From assembly GCA_963727505.1 (NCBI GenBank), contig CAVSGP010000004.1:128001-192000 (forward strand): DNA of 64,000 nucleotides. Direction: 5' to 3'. Origin of the DNA: an uncultured Trueperaceae bacterium (GTDB lineage: Bacteria; Deinococcota; Deinococci; Deinococcales; Trueperaceae). Below, in pieces: positions 45,226-56,942 of this stretch. Under the pieces are notes generated by a model. That model was not told where the DNA came from and ran no database searches. It saw only the letters and a program-made list of their open reading frames with translations. A program made the translations under genes and the position numbers. Positions within the stretch are counted from its first letter, which is position 1. Each line of letters starts with the position of its first letter.

Positions 45226-45542
45226 ATCGCATCGCCCGTCGCGCCGTTCCCCTCTACCTCGGCCTGCTGTTGCTGCTGAGCGCGGTCGGGTTGGTGAACC
45301 AGGGGCTCTACCACCACCAGATGAACCTGATCGACGAGCGCCAGACGCTGCTCGACTCGGTCGCCAACCTACAGCTCGAGGCCGCCGGCGTGAACGGGCC
45401 GCTTGCGGTCACGCAGTGGGCGGACGCGCACGGCATGGTGCCGGCGCCGGAAGCCTCCAACGTCGGCGCCGTCGCGCCCGGCCCCGCCCCCCGGCTCACG
45501 CTGCCCGACAGCGGTCTGGAGATCCGCACGGTATGGCACTGA
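45222..45542 (+). CDS. ftsL: FtsL-like cell division protein
   Basis: Single TM plus coiled coil, located between rsmH and ftsI. Confidence 0.6.
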   Translation: MNRIARRAVPLYLGLLLLLSAVGLVNQGLYHHQMNLIDERQTLLDSVANLQLEAAGVNGPLAVTQWADAHGMVPAPEASNVGAVAPGPAPRLTLPDSGLEIRTVWH

Positions 45543-46930
45543 ACGCGAGGAAGAAGAGCGATCCGTCGGAGCTGCGCTTCACGCGCCGCGGCCTCATGTC
45601 CGTCCTGCTGGTCGTGCCACTGCTGGCCGCTCTGTTCGGTTTCGCCAGTCAACAACATGGCGCTCCCAGCTTCCCGGCGCCGCCGGCCGACACCCCGGTG
45701 CGCGGCAAGATCCTCGCCTCGGACGGCACCGTGCTGGCCTATGGACCCGCCAACGACCGCCGCTACCCACAGGGCACGCTAGCGGCCAACCTGCTGGGAT
45801 TCACTGGCGCGATCCAGCCCGACGGGCGCTACGGACTCGAGGGCCTCGAATACCGCCTCGACCGTCGTCTCCAGGCCGGTCAGGACGTGCGTTTGACCAT
45901 CGACCCCACCCTTCAGGCCGCGGCCGAGACCAACCTGAAGCGTGTCGCCCAGAAGAACCAGGCAGCCGACGGCATGGCCGTCATCCTGGAGATCGGCACC
46001 GGGCGCATCCTGGCAGCGGCCAGCTACCCGAGCTTCGACCCCAACCACTGGCGCCAGGCGAGCAGCAACGACATGATGGACCGCCCCTTCGCGCAGGAGT
46101 ACGAGCCCGGCTCGGTCATGAAGCCGTTCGTGGTGGCCGGCCTCATCCAGGACGGCCTGCTGAGCCCGAACGAGACCATCGCGGCGCCCATGAGCGTGCA
46201 CGTGGGCGACAAGACCTTCCGGGACGTCGAGTGGCACAAACCGGAGCTGTCGATCCCCGACGTCCTGCGCTACTCCAGCAACGTCGGCATGATCCACCTG
46301 ACCTGGCGCTTCACGCCGCAACAGCTCCACGGCTGGCTGGCCCGCTACGGCTTCGGCCAGCCGCTCGACCTGACAAGCATCTACGCCACCTCCGGCATCC
46401 TCAACCCCTGGCAGAACTGGGTACCGCAGGACCAGGCCTCCAACACGATCGGTCAGAACGTCTCGACCACCACGGTCCAACTGGCCGCTGCCTACAGCAT
46501 CCTGGCCGACCGCGGAGTCTACGTGCCGCCCCGGCTGGTACAGGGGGCGAGCCTCCCGGCACCCCACCGCGTCCTCGACGCCAACGTGGCCGACACCGTC
46601 TTCAAGATGCTGGTGCACGTGGTGGACGCCAGCGATCTGAAGTACTCGAAGGTGCCCGGCGTGAGCGTAGCCGGCAAGACCGGTACCGCCGACATCTACG
46701 ATCGACGCCTCGGCACCTACCCCAAGGGCGAGTACTCGATCACCTTCGCGGGGGTCTTCCCCGCCGATCACCCCCGCGTGGTCACCATCGTCACCCTCCA
46801 GAAGCCGCAGGTGGGCAGCAAGACCAGCACCTGGGTCGCAGCGCCGCTGTTCCGCGCCATCGGGAGCGAGGTCGTGGCGCACTGGGGGTTGGCACCGGGC
46901 AGCGTCGCCCTCGCCGACAGCCGGCCGTGA
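45533..46930 (+). CDS. ftsI: Class B penicillin-binding protein
   Basis: EPGSVMK, SSN, KTGT. Confidence 0.9.
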   Translation: MALNARKKSDPSELRFTRRGLMSVLLVVPLLAALFGFASQQHGAPSFPAPPADTPVRGKILASDGTVLAYGPANDRRYPQGTLAANLLGFTGAIQPDGRYGLEGLEYRLDRRLQAGQDVRLTIDPTLQAAAETNLKRVAQKNQAADGMAVILEIGTGRILAAASYPSFDPNHWRQASSNDMMDRPFAQEYEPGSVMKPFVVAGLIQDGLLSPNETIAAPMSVHVGDKTFRDVEWHKPELSIPDVLRYSSNVGMIHLTWRFTPQQLHGWLARYGFGQPLDLTSIYATSGILNPWQNWVPQDQASNTIGQNVSTTTVQLAAAYSILADRGVYVPPRLVQGASLPAPHRVLDANVADTVFKMLVHVVDASDLKYSKVPGVSVAGKTGTADIYDRRLGTYPKGEYSITFAGVFPADHPRVVTIVTLQKPQVGSKTSTWVAAPLFRAIGSEVVAHWGLAPGSVALADSRP

Positions 46931-46994
46931 GCCAATGCCGTACGAGGGGGGTCGTGAGCGCGTTGTGTAAAGTAGTCATGATATGGACCCGCCC

Positions 46995-48373
<1,379 letters not shown>

Positions 48374-48377
<4 letters not shown>

Positions 48378-49285
48378 CCGTCCTGCTCGCGACGGTGGCG
48401 GGCCTGGTGCTGACCGGCGTCTTCATCCAGCTCGCCAAGCGCTTCGGCTGGGGCAAGGTCGTTCGCGACGACGGTCCGGGGACCCATCTCGTGAAGGCAG
48501 GTACCCCGACCATGGGCGGCCTGGCGATCCTGCTCGCAGCCGCCACGGTCTGGCTGCTGCGTAGCCCCGACCCCGCGGCGGACCTCCCCCTGGTGGCACT
48601 GATCGCGCTGAGCGGCACCCTCGGCCTCTACGACGATGTGCTGTCCTTGCGACGCAAGGCCGACGAGGCCAGCGGGCTCGAGCCCAGCACCGGGCTGCTC
48701 GCCCGCTACCGGCTGCTCGGCCAGACGCTGGTGGCCCTCGCCTTCGCACTCTACGCGGTGCGCGCGGGCGCCTCGATGTTCGGCGTCCCCGCTCTCGACG
48801 TGTTCGCCTTCGCCTTCGTGGTGGTGGGAAGCGTCAACGCGCTCAACTTCTCCGACGGCCTGGACGGACTCGCCGCCGGTCTGATGTGCATCATGCTGCT
48901 GCTGTTCGCCGGCTCGCCGGTGGCTGCAGCGTTGCTGGGAGCGCTGCTCGGCTTCCTCTGGTACAACGGCCATCCCGCCCGCGTGTTCATGGGCGGGGTC
49001 GGCTCCGAAGCGCTGGGGGCCGCCCTCGCCGGGCTCGCGATCCTGCATGGCTGGGTCTGGTACCTGCCGCTCGTGGCGCTGGTGCCGGTGCTCGAGGTCC
49101 TGTCGGTGGTCGTGCAGGTGCTCTACTTCCGCGCCACAGGCGGCAAGCGCCTGTTGCGCATGAGCCCCCTCCACCACCACTTCGAGCTCTCGGGCTGGAG
49201 CGAAACGCGCGTGGTGATGCGCTTCTGGCTGGTGACCGCCGCGACCACCGCGCTGACGGCAGCGCTGGTGGGAGCGTGGCCGTGA
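48374..49285 (+). CDS. mraY: Phospho-MurNAc-pentapeptide transferase
   Basis: KAGTPTMGG, YDD, NFSDGLDGL, PLHHHFE. Confidence 0.95.
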
Positions 49286-50631
49286 GGGTGTTGGTCTACG
49301 GCCTCGGGCGCAGCGGTCTGGCGGCGGCACGCCTCCTCGCCAGGCAGGGGCACACGATCGAGACCTACGACGTTCGGACCGAGGGCGAGGACATCGCCAC
49401 GGCACGCGCCCTGGGCTGGCCTCCCCTGCCGTCGATAGACGCCAGCACCTCCCGCCTGTGCATCGCGGCACCGGGCGTCCCGATCGACCACCCGGACCTG
49501 CAGCGGCTGCGCGAGCGCGGGGTGGAGGTCATCGGCGAGGTCGAGTGGGTGCAGCGCACCGTGCCGGCCACTCTGGTAGGCGTCACCGGCACCGCCGGCA
49601 AGGGCACGACCACCCGCTGGATCGCCGACACGCTCGCGGCCGCGGGCGTCGACGCCGTCGCCGGCGGCAACATCGACCCGGCGCTCTCCGCCGTCGCCCG
49701 ACCGGGCGCCACGCTGGTGGTCGAGTTGTCGTCGTTCCAGCTCGAGCGCTGCCCGACGCTCAAGCCGCGCGTGGCCGTGGCCCTCAATCTGGGCGAGGAC
49801 CACATCGATCGGCACGGCAGCGTGGAGGCCTATCACGCCGCCAAGCGCAACATGATCGCCCACCAGGACGAGAACGACACCTTCGTCTACAACGTCGACG
49901 ACCCGCTGCTGCGCGGCTGGGCGGAGCGGTCGCGCGCGCGCGCCCTTGTCTTCTCGCTCGAGCGCGAGGCCGACGCCCGTTACCTCCGTCGCGACGGCAC
50001 GCTGCTGCTGGAGGGCCGACCGCTGCTCACCGCCGACCAACTGCAGGTGCGCGGCGAGCACCAGATCGCCAACGCGCTGGCCGTGGCGCTCGCCTGCCGG
50101 GCGCTCGGGCTCGAGCGCGACGCCATCGCCCACGGCCTGCGCACGTTCGCGGGTCTTCCGGGGCGCTACGCGCCTGCCGGATCGGTGGGTGGAGTGCACT
50201 TCATCGAGGACTCCATCGCCACCCGCCCTCTGGCCGTGGCCGCCGCGCTGCGCGCCACGCCGGCACCGCTGGTGTGGATCGCCGGCGGGCGCGCCAAGGG
50301 CGCGTCGCTGGAGGCGCTGCGAGGGCTGGTGCAGGAGCGGGTCTCGCTGCTGATCGGCATCGGCGAGTCCGGCCCCGCCTTCGCGCGCGCCTTCGCGCCG
50401 GACACCGACACCGCCGTGTGCTCCGAAGCCGACGGCCCGGCCGCTCTGCGCTGCGCCGTCGAGGGCGCCCTGACCTACCTGCGCGAGCACCACGAGGGTC
50501 GCGGCCATGTACTGCTGGCGCCGCTGGCCGCGTCCTTCGATCAGTTCCGGGACTACGCGGACCGCGCGCGCGCCTTCCGCGACGTCGTTGCCGCGGCGGG
50601 GAGGGAGCCCTCGTGGACCGCCTCCTGCTGA
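49282..50631 (+). CDS. murD: UDP-MurNAc-L-Ala--D-Glu ligase
   Basis: GLGRSG, TGTAGK, ELSSFQL, DHIDRH, ASFDQF. Confidence 0.94.
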   Translation: MRVLVYGLGRSGLAAARLLARQGHTIETYDVRTEGEDIATARALGWPPLPSIDASTSRLCIAAPGVPIDHPDLQRLRERGVEVIGEVEWVQRTVPATLVGVTGTAGKGTTTRWIADTLAAAGVDAVAGGNIDPALSAVARPGATLVVELSSFQLERCPTLKPRVAVALNLGEDHIDRHGSVEAYHAAKRNMIAHQDENDTFVYNVDDPLLRGWAERSRARALVFSLEREADARYLRRDGTLLLEGRPLLTADQLQVRGEHQIANALAVALACRALGLERDAIAHGLRTFAGLPGRYAPAGSVGGVHFIEDSIATRPLAVAAALRATPAPLVWIAGGRAKGASLEALRGLVQERVSLLIGIGESGPAFARAFAPDTDTAVCSEADGPAALRCAVEGALTYLREHHEGRGHVLLAPLAASFDQFRDYADRARAFRDVVAAAGREPSWTASC

Positions 50632-51665
50632 CCGTCCAGCTCCTGCTCGGCGCGCTGGGCATCGTAGGCGTCACGGCGGCGGCGCCCGGCAGCGCCATCG
50701 AGCACGCCTTGCGCTTCGTCGCGGGCCTGCTGCTGACGATCCTGGTGGCGCGGGCGTCCCCCCGCCGCATCACGCGCTTGAGCCCCGTGGCCTACGTCAC
50801 CATGCTGGCGCTGCTGCTGGCGGTGCTGGTGATCGGCGTGTCTCCAGCGGGCTCGGAGAGCCGCCGCTGGATCCTGCTCGGCCCCATCGCGCTGCAGCCC
50901 TCCGAGTTCATGAAGGTCACGGTGATCGCCTACCTGACGGCCTTCTTCTACAACCACCTGGGCAACTGGCAGATCTGGCGGCCGATGGTCGTGATCGGCC
51001 TGGCCGCCGGCCTGATCGTGGCCGAGCCGGACGTGAGCACGGCACTGTTCCTGTTCGCGCTGGCCTTCGCGATCATGATGGCGGCCGGCACCACCATCGT
51101 CCGCCTCGTCTCCATCAGCACCGCCGCCGCCCTCATCGCGGTCCTCGTGGCCGGCCCCTACCTCAGCCAGTTCCACTACCTGCAGCGCCGCATCCAGGGC
51201 TTCGCCGACCTGTGGGGTGGACAGCACCAGACGGCCAGCACCAGCTACCAGGCCTACGCCGCGCGGCTGGCCCTCGCCAAGGCAGGCGTCACCGGGCTCG
51301 GTGCGGGCGAGCCCGTACAGGTGCCCGAGGCCGAGACCGACATGGTCGCGGTGGCGGTGGGGCAAGCGCTCGGGATCATGGGCATCCTCGCACTGGTCAC
51401 GCTCTATATCGTCCTGGTCGGCCGCGGCCTGCGGATCGCGTCTTCCCTGAGCGGCCCGGGCAGCCTGCTGGCGGCCGGGGCCAGCGCCTACATCGGCGGG
51501 CAGGCCTGTCTCAACCTGCTGGTGGCCGCCGGGCTGCTCCCGATCACCGGCGTGCCCTTGCCGTTCGTCAGCTACGGGCTCAACAGCATGCTGTCGGTAT
51601 CGATCGCCATGGGCTTCATCCACGCCGCCTACCGCCAGGCGCGCAGCGAAGGGGCGGTGCTGTGA
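50613..51665 (+). CDS. ftsW: SEDS peptidoglycan polymerase
   Basis: RRWI, QPSEFMK, PEAETD, GVPLPFVSYG. Confidence 0.93.
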   Translation: MDRLLLTVQLLLGALGIVGVTAAAPGSAIEHALRFVAGLLLTILVARASPRRITRLSPVAYVTMLALLLAVLVIGVSPAGSESRRWILLGPIALQPSEFMKVTVIAYLTAFFYNHLGNWQIWRPMVVIGLAAGLIVAEPDVSTALFLFALAFAIMMAAGTTIVRLVSISTAAALIAVLVAGPYLSQFHYLQRRIQGFADLWGGQHQTASTSYQAYAARLALAKAGVTGLGAGEPVQVPEAETDMVAVAVGQALGIMGILALVTLYIVLVGRGLRIASSLSGPGSLLAAGASAYIGGQACLNLLVAAGLLPITGVPLPFVSYGLNSMLSVSIAMGFIHAAYRQARSEGAVL

Positions 51666-52777
51666 GCGTCTTGCCGCGCGGCGTGGACCTGCTGTTCGCC
51701 ACCGGCGGCACCGGCGGGCACATCTACCCCGCGCTGGCCGTGGCCCGCGCCGCCCGGGCCCACGGCCTGCAGGTGGCGTTCCTCGGCCAGGCCGGCGGTA
51801 TGGAGGCCCGCCTGGTCCCGGAGGCTGGGCATCCCTTCCTGGGGATCGCCGCGGGCAAGTGGGACCGTCAGCGGCCCGACCCGCGCCAGGCCCTACGGGC
51901 GGCCCGCGGCCTTCTGAGTGCGGTGCGCGCCGTGCGCGCGGCCCGGCCGCGCCTGGTGGTCGGCTTCGGGGGGTTCGCCTCCTTCCCCGGCTGCGCCGCC
52001 GCCGTGCTGACCGGGACGCCTCTGGCCCTGCACGAGGGGAACGCGTTCCCCAGCCGCGTCAACCGCTGGTTCGCACCCCGCGCCCGGATCGTGGTGGTTG
52101 CCCAGCAAGCGGCCGGCGAGCACCTGGGGGCGCGCGCGCTGGCGGTCGCCCCGTTCCCGGTGCGCGAGACCCGACTCGAGCGCGCCGACGCGCGACGGGC
52201 CCTCGGCCTCGATCCCGACGCCATCGTCACCCTGGTGATGGGAGGTTCGCAGGGGTCTCTCACCCTCAACCGCGCCGTGCCGGACGCCTACCGCGCGCTC
52301 CGTCGCGCCGGCCTTCAGGTGCTCCACTCCAGCGGCCCCCGGTGGTCTGATACGCTGCGCGGAAGTGTGGCCGACCTCCCCGAGTACCATGTTCACCCCT
52401 ACCTGGACGCAGCCCAGGCCTTCGCTGCCGCCGATCTCGCCATCACCCGCGCCGGCGTCGGGACGCTCAGCGAAGCCGCCTTCCACGGCACCCCGCTGGT
52501 GATGGTGCCGCTGCCGAGCGCTGCGGAGGACCACCAGCGCCACAATGCCGAGGCGGTCGAGGCCGCCGGCGCCGGCATCACCGTGCTGGAGGCCGATCTG
52601 GCCGACCTGGCAGGTGCCTGGCGCGCCCTGCTCGAACCTACCCGACGCTTCACCGCCGCCGCCGCAGCGCTCCGCCGCAGCCCGGCCGGCGCGGCCGAGC
52701 GTATCCTCGGGCTGCTCTTGCCCTACCTCTCCCCTGACGGCAACGGCGCCAGTCGGTTGACAGGGTCGGTCTTATGA
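51662..52777 (+). CDS. murG: Lipid II GlcNAc transferase
   Basis: GGTGGHIYP, GGSQG, RAG, HQRHNA. Confidence 0.95.
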   Translation: MSVLPRGVDLLFATGGTGGHIYPALAVARAARAHGLQVAFLGQAGGMEARLVPEAGHPFLGIAAGKWDRQRPDPRQALRAARGLLSAVRAVRAARPRLVVGFGGFASFPGCAAAVLTGTPLALHEGNAFPSRVNRWFAPRARIVVVAQQAAGEHLGARALAVAPFPVRETRLERADARRALGLDPDAIVTLVMGGSQGSLTLNRAVPDAYRALRRAGLQVLHSSGPRWSDTLRGSVADLPEYHVHPYLDAAQAFAAADLAITRAGVGTLSEAAFHGTPLVMVPLPSAAEDHQRHNAEAVEAAGAGITVLEADLADLAGAWRALLEPTRRFTAAAAALRRSPAGAAERILGLLLPYLSPDGNGASRLTGSVL

Positions 52778-54252
52778 ACGCTCGTCACCTCCACTTCGTG
52801 GGCGTCGGCGGCGTCAGCATGCACGCGTTGGCGCTGTGGTTCGCGCGCGAGGGCTACCGCGTGAGCGGCTGCGACGCGCTGGGCGGCCCGGTGCTGGAGA
52901 TGCTGAGTGCGCGCGGAATCGAAGTGAGCGAGGGTCACGACACGGGGCAAGACGGCGCTCACCACGGGGGTCATGCCGACGACGCCGACGTCGTCGTGCA
53001 CAGCATGGCCATTCCCTTCGATCATCCCGAGCTGGTCGCCGCACGGAAGCGCGGCGCCCGCGTGATGAAGCGCATCGAGCTGCTGGCCGAGCTCTTCGCC
53101 GCCCGGCACACCATCGCCATCACCGGCACGCACGGCAAGAGCACCACCACCGGCATGGCGGCCACCGTCCTGCTGGGGCTGGGCGTCGACCCCTCGGTGC
53201 AGATCGGCGCCCGCCTGCCCGCCATCGACGGCAATGTCCGCTACGGCGAGGGCCCCGACCTGGTGGCCGAGGTCGACGAGTCGGACCCCGGCTTCGCCGA
53301 GCTCGCCGCCGCGGTCGCGGTGATGACGAATCTGGAGGACGACCATATCGCCGGTCCCTACGACGAGCGGCGCAACTACCATGCCAGCCTGGAGGATCTA
53401 CAGGCGGCCGCGCAGCGCTTCGCCGGCAACGGACGCACGCTGCTGTACTGCGGGGACTGGAGGGGGCTGGACGGGCTCTTCGCCGACCACCCGTGCGCGC
53501 TCACGTACGGCGAGGCCGCAGGCGCGGACTACCGCATCGACGGGCTCGAGCTGTCGGCCGAAGGCAGCCACTTCCACCTCACCCGCCCGGGAAGGCCGAC
53601 GCTCGAGGTGACCCTGACCGTGCCCGGACGCCATAACGCCCTCAACGGCGCGGCGGCCCTGGCGGCGGTCGAGCTGGCGGGCTACGACACCGCCGGCGGG
53701 CTGGCCGCACTCGCCGCCTACGGCGGCGTCGGGCGGCGCTGGGAACGCTGGGGTGAGCGCGGAGGCGCACTGATCGTCGACGACTACGCCCACCACCCCA
53801 CGGAGGTCGCCGCCACCCTGCGGACCGCCCGGGACACGGGCCGCCGCGTGCGCGCCGTGTTGCAGCCGCACCGCTGGGTGCGTACAGCGCGGCACTGGCG
53901 GGCCCTGGCCGACGCCGCGGCGCTCGCCGACGAGGTGATCGTCCTCGACATCTACGGCGCCGGCGAGACCCCCATCCCCGGTGTGTCGGTGGAGCCCATC
54001 GTGGCGCGCCTGCGCGAGCAGGGCGTGACGGCCTCGCATCACGACCTGGCCTCGGCCGAAGCCTACCTGGCCGACACGCTGGCGGCGGGGGACCTGATCG
54101 TCACGCTGGGTGCGGGCGACGTGTGGCACGTGGCCCGCACCCTCGCCTCGGGCCACGGCACAGCGAAACGCAACGCACCGAGCGATGCCGGGAACGACGG
54201 CAGCAGCGACGCCGGTCTCGACGATGACGGGGTGCCACGTGCCGCACGCTAG
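52774..54252 (+). CDS. murC: UDP-MurNAc--L-Ala ligase
   Basis: HFVGVGG, GTHGKSTTT, EVDESD, DDYAHHPTE, QPHR. Confidence 0.96.
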   Translation: MNARHLHFVGVGGVSMHALALWFAREGYRVSGCDALGGPVLEMLSARGIEVSEGHDTGQDGAHHGGHADDADVVVHSMAIPFDHPELVAARKRGARVMKRIELLAELFAARHTIAITGTHGKSTTTGMAATVLLGLGVDPSVQIGARLPAIDGNVRYGEGPDLVAEVDESDPGFAELAAAVAVMTNLEDDHIAGPYDERRNYHASLEDLQAAAQRFAGNGRTLLYCGDWRGLDGLFADHPCALTYGEAAGADYRIDGLELSAEGSHFHLTRPGRPTLEVTLTVPGRHNALNGAAALAAVELAGYDTAGGLAALAAYGGVGRRWERWGERGGALIVDDYAHHPTEVAATLRTARDTGRRVRAVLQPHRWVRTARHWRALADAAALADEVIVLDIYGAGETPIPGVSVEPIVARLREQGVTASHHDLASAEAYLADTLAAGDLIVTLGAGDVWHVARTLASGHGTAKRNAPSDAGNDGSSDAGLDDDGVPRAAR

Positions 54253-55069
54253 CGTCCGGACCGTCGAGCTGCGCGACCTCACGACCCTCAAGGTCGGCGG
54301 TCCCGCCGAGCTGTGGGAAGTCGACGACGCCGAGGGGCTGGCAGAGGCCACCCGCGAGCCCTACCGGGTGCTGGGTGCCGGCTCCAACCTGCTCGTCTCC
54401 GACGCCGGCGTCCCCGACCGGGTGATCCGGCTGGGCCGCGCCTTCAACGACCTGCGCAGCATCGACGGTTCGCCCGAGCTGTGGCTGGGAGCGGCCACGC
54501 CGCTCCCGGGCCTGGTGCGGCGTGCGCAGAAGCTCGGCCTCTCCGGCCTGGAGGGCCTGCTCGGCGTGCCGGCGGTGCTCGGCGGAGCGGTGGCGATGAA
54601 CGCAGGCACGCGCTTCGGGGAGCTCGGCGACACCCTGCAGGAGGTCGAGCTGTTCGTGAACGGTGCGCTCGAGCGCGTGCCTGCGAGCGCGTTGAATCTC
54701 GCCTACCGCCACACCGAGTTGCCCGACGGCGCCGTCGTGACGCGCGCCCGCCTGCGCCTCACGCCCTCGGAACCCGAGGCGGTGCAGGCACGCATGGCCG
54801 AGGTGGACGCCGCGCGCAAGGGGCAGCCCAAGATCAAGTCGGCCGGCTGCGCGTTCAAGAACCCTTCCGGCGACAGCGCGGGGCGGGTCATCGACGCCGC
54901 CGGCCTCAAGGGCCTGCGCGTGGGTGACGCCATGGTGTCCCTCGAGCACGGCAACTTCATCGTCAACCTGGGCAACGCCAGCGCCCGCGACGTGTGCGAG
55001 CTGCTCGAGCAGATCCGGCAGCGCACCCCGGTGCCGCTGGAGCTGGAGTGGCGACGGTGGGGGTTCTGA
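54239..55069 (+). CDS. murB: UDP-N-acetylenolpyruvoylglucosamine reductase
   Basis: LKVGGPA, GAGSNLL, MNAG, SAGCAFKNP, LELE. Confidence 0.95.
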   Translation: MPHASVRTVELRDLTTLKVGGPAELWEVDDAEGLAEATREPYRVLGAGSNLLVSDAGVPDRVIRLGRAFNDLRSIDGSPELWLGAATPLPGLVRRAQKLGLSGLEGLLGVPAVLGGAVAMNAGTRFGELGDTLQEVELFVNGALERVPASALNLAYRHTELPDGAVVTRARLRLTPSEPEAVQARMAEVDAARKGQPKIKSAGCAFKNPSGDSAGRVIDAAGLKGLRVGDAMVSLEHGNFIVNLGNASARDVCELLEQIRQRTPVPLELEWRRWGF

Positions 55070-55084
55070 GGTGGGAGGACCGGT

Positions 55085-55684
55085 ATGCGCGCACTGCTGA
55101 TCGCGCTGCTCGTGCTCGCAGCGGCCGCCCTGGTCACGAGCCGCTTCGTGCCCAGCATCGCTCGCGTCGAGGTGAGCGGCACCGAGCACCTGACGCGCGC
55201 CCAGGTGCTCCAACTCGCCGACGTGGCGCCCGGCGACCCCTTCCTGTGGGTGACCAGCTTCCGCCTGAGGCATCTGACGCACGCCGCCTGGGTGCGCAAG
55301 GCGCGCGTCATCCGGCACTGGCCCGACACCATCTCCATCATGGTGTGGGAGCGGCAGCCGGCCCTCACCGACGGCACCACCACCTGGGCCACCGACGGCA
55401 CGGCTCTCCCGGGCGTGCCGGCCGACGTGCGGGCCGCGCTACCCCGGCTCGAGGGCTGGGGACCGAAGCGTCTGGACGAAGCCATGACCCTCCTGCGCCT
55501 CCTGCATCCCTACGGGCCCAAGGTGATAAGCTACACGCCAGAAGGATTCGAGATTCAATTGACGGGGACGTCTCTTTTCACACCGAGTGCGGAGGCCTTG
55601 GAGAAGCAGTGGGCCGCCTTCGAGAGCCACCGCGGGGGGCGCGTCGCGGTGTACCCCTGGGGAGTGAGCAAGGCACATGAGTGA
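55085..55684 (+). CDS. ftsQ: FtsQ/DivIB POTRA protein
   Basis: TM plus POTRA (VEVSG..WV..WPDTISI..ER); position before ftsA. Confidence 0.85.
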   Translation: MRALLIALLVLAAAALVTSRFVPSIARVEVSGTEHLTRAQVLQLADVAPGDPFLWVTSFRLRHLTHAAWVRKARVIRHWPDTISIMVWERQPALTDGTTTWATDGTALPGVPADVRAALPRLEGWGPKRLDEAMTLLRLLHPYGPKVISYTPEGFEIQLTGTSLFTPSAEALEKQWAAFESHRGGRVAVYPWGVSKAHE

Positions 55685-56915
55685 CGAACGGATCATCGTC
55701 GGGCTGGACATCGGAACCACCAAGATCTGTACTGTGATCGGCGAGGTGGCCTCCGATGGCGTGCTCGACATCATCGGCGAGGGGACCGTGCCGAGCGACG
55801 GCCTGCGCAAGGGCGTGGTCGTGAACCTCGAGCGCACCATCGCCTCCGTCCGTCAGTCGGTGGCCGCCGCGCAGCGCGTGGCGGGCGTGCCCGTCACCTC
55901 GGCGTGGGTCGGCGTCGCCGGCAGCCACCTCAAGGCCCTCACCAGCCACGGCATGGCCGCGATCCGACGGGGGCAGCAGGTGACGCGCGCCGACATCGAG
56001 CGCACCATCGAGAACGCCCGGGCCGTTCCGCTCGAGGCCAACATGGAGATGATCCATGTCATCCCGCAGGAGTACGTGGTCGACGGCAACGACGGCATCA
56101 AGGATCCGGTCGGCATGTCGGGGGTGCGCCTCGAGGTCGACGTCCATATCGTCGCCGGCGCGCAGGGACCGCTGCAGAACCTGAAGCGCTGCGCGGGCGA
56201 TGCCGGGGTGGGCGTGGACGGTCTGGTCGTGCAGGCGCTGGCCTCCGGCCTGGCCGTGCTCAACGACAGCGAGCAGGAGCTCACCACCCTGTTGATCGAC
56301 GTCGGCGGCGGCACCACCGACGTCGGCGTGTTCCGGCGCGGCACCCTCGCCCACTCCGCGGTGATCCCGCTCGGCGGCGACCACATCACGCAGGACATCA
56401 GCCAGCTGCTGCGTATCCCACCGGACGAGGCCGAGCGTGTCAAGCGCCGCTACGGCGTGGCGCTGCCCGAGCTCGCCGATCGCGACGTCGAGCTGGAGGT
56501 CGCCAACCCGAGCTACACCGCCAGCATCTCGACGTTCGAGCTGGCGCAGGTCATCAAACCTCGCGTGATCGAGATCCTCGACCTCGTGAAGCGCAACATC
56601 GAGCAGCGCATGGGCGCGCTGGAGCTCCTAGCCGGCAATGTGGTGGTGACGGGAGGCGCCTCCCTGATGCCGGGGATCGAGCAGGTGGCGACCGATCGGT
56701 TCCGCCTGCCGGTGCGGATCGGCAAGCCGGAGGGGGTCTCTGGCCTGGCGGACGTCGTGGCCAGCCCGGCCCATGCCACTGCAGTCGGTCTGGTGCGCTT
56801 CGGGATGACGCAGCTAGGGACCCAACCCGCCAGTCCGCAGCGACACGCCAATGAGGACGATCGTGTGGGAGGCTTCTTTTCGAGCATCCGGAATATCCTG
56901 AAGGACTTCTTCTGA
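55677..56915 (+). CDS. ftsA: Cell division protein FtsA
   Basis: GLDIGTTKI, IDVGGGTTD, TGGAS. Confidence 0.97.
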   Translation: MSDERIIVGLDIGTTKICTVIGEVASDGVLDIIGEGTVPSDGLRKGVVVNLERTIASVRQSVAAAQRVAGVPVTSAWVGVAGSHLKALTSHGMAAIRRGQQVTRADIERTIENARAVPLEANMEMIHVIPQEYVVDGNDGIKDPVGMSGVRLEVDVHIVAGAQGPLQNLKRCAGDAGVGVDGLVVQALASGLAVLNDSEQELTTLLIDVGGGTTDVGVFRRGTLAHSAVIPLGGDHITQDISQLLRIPPDEAERVKRRYGVALPELADRDVELEVANPSYTASISTFELAQVIKPRVIEILDLVKRNIEQRMGALELLAGNVVVTGGASLMPGIEQVATDRFRLPVRIGKPEGVSGLADVVASPAHATAVGLVRFGMTQLGTQPASPQRHANEDDRVGGFFSSIRNILKDFF

Positions 56916-56942
56916 GCCGGTGGGGAGCGTGAGGACGTGAGT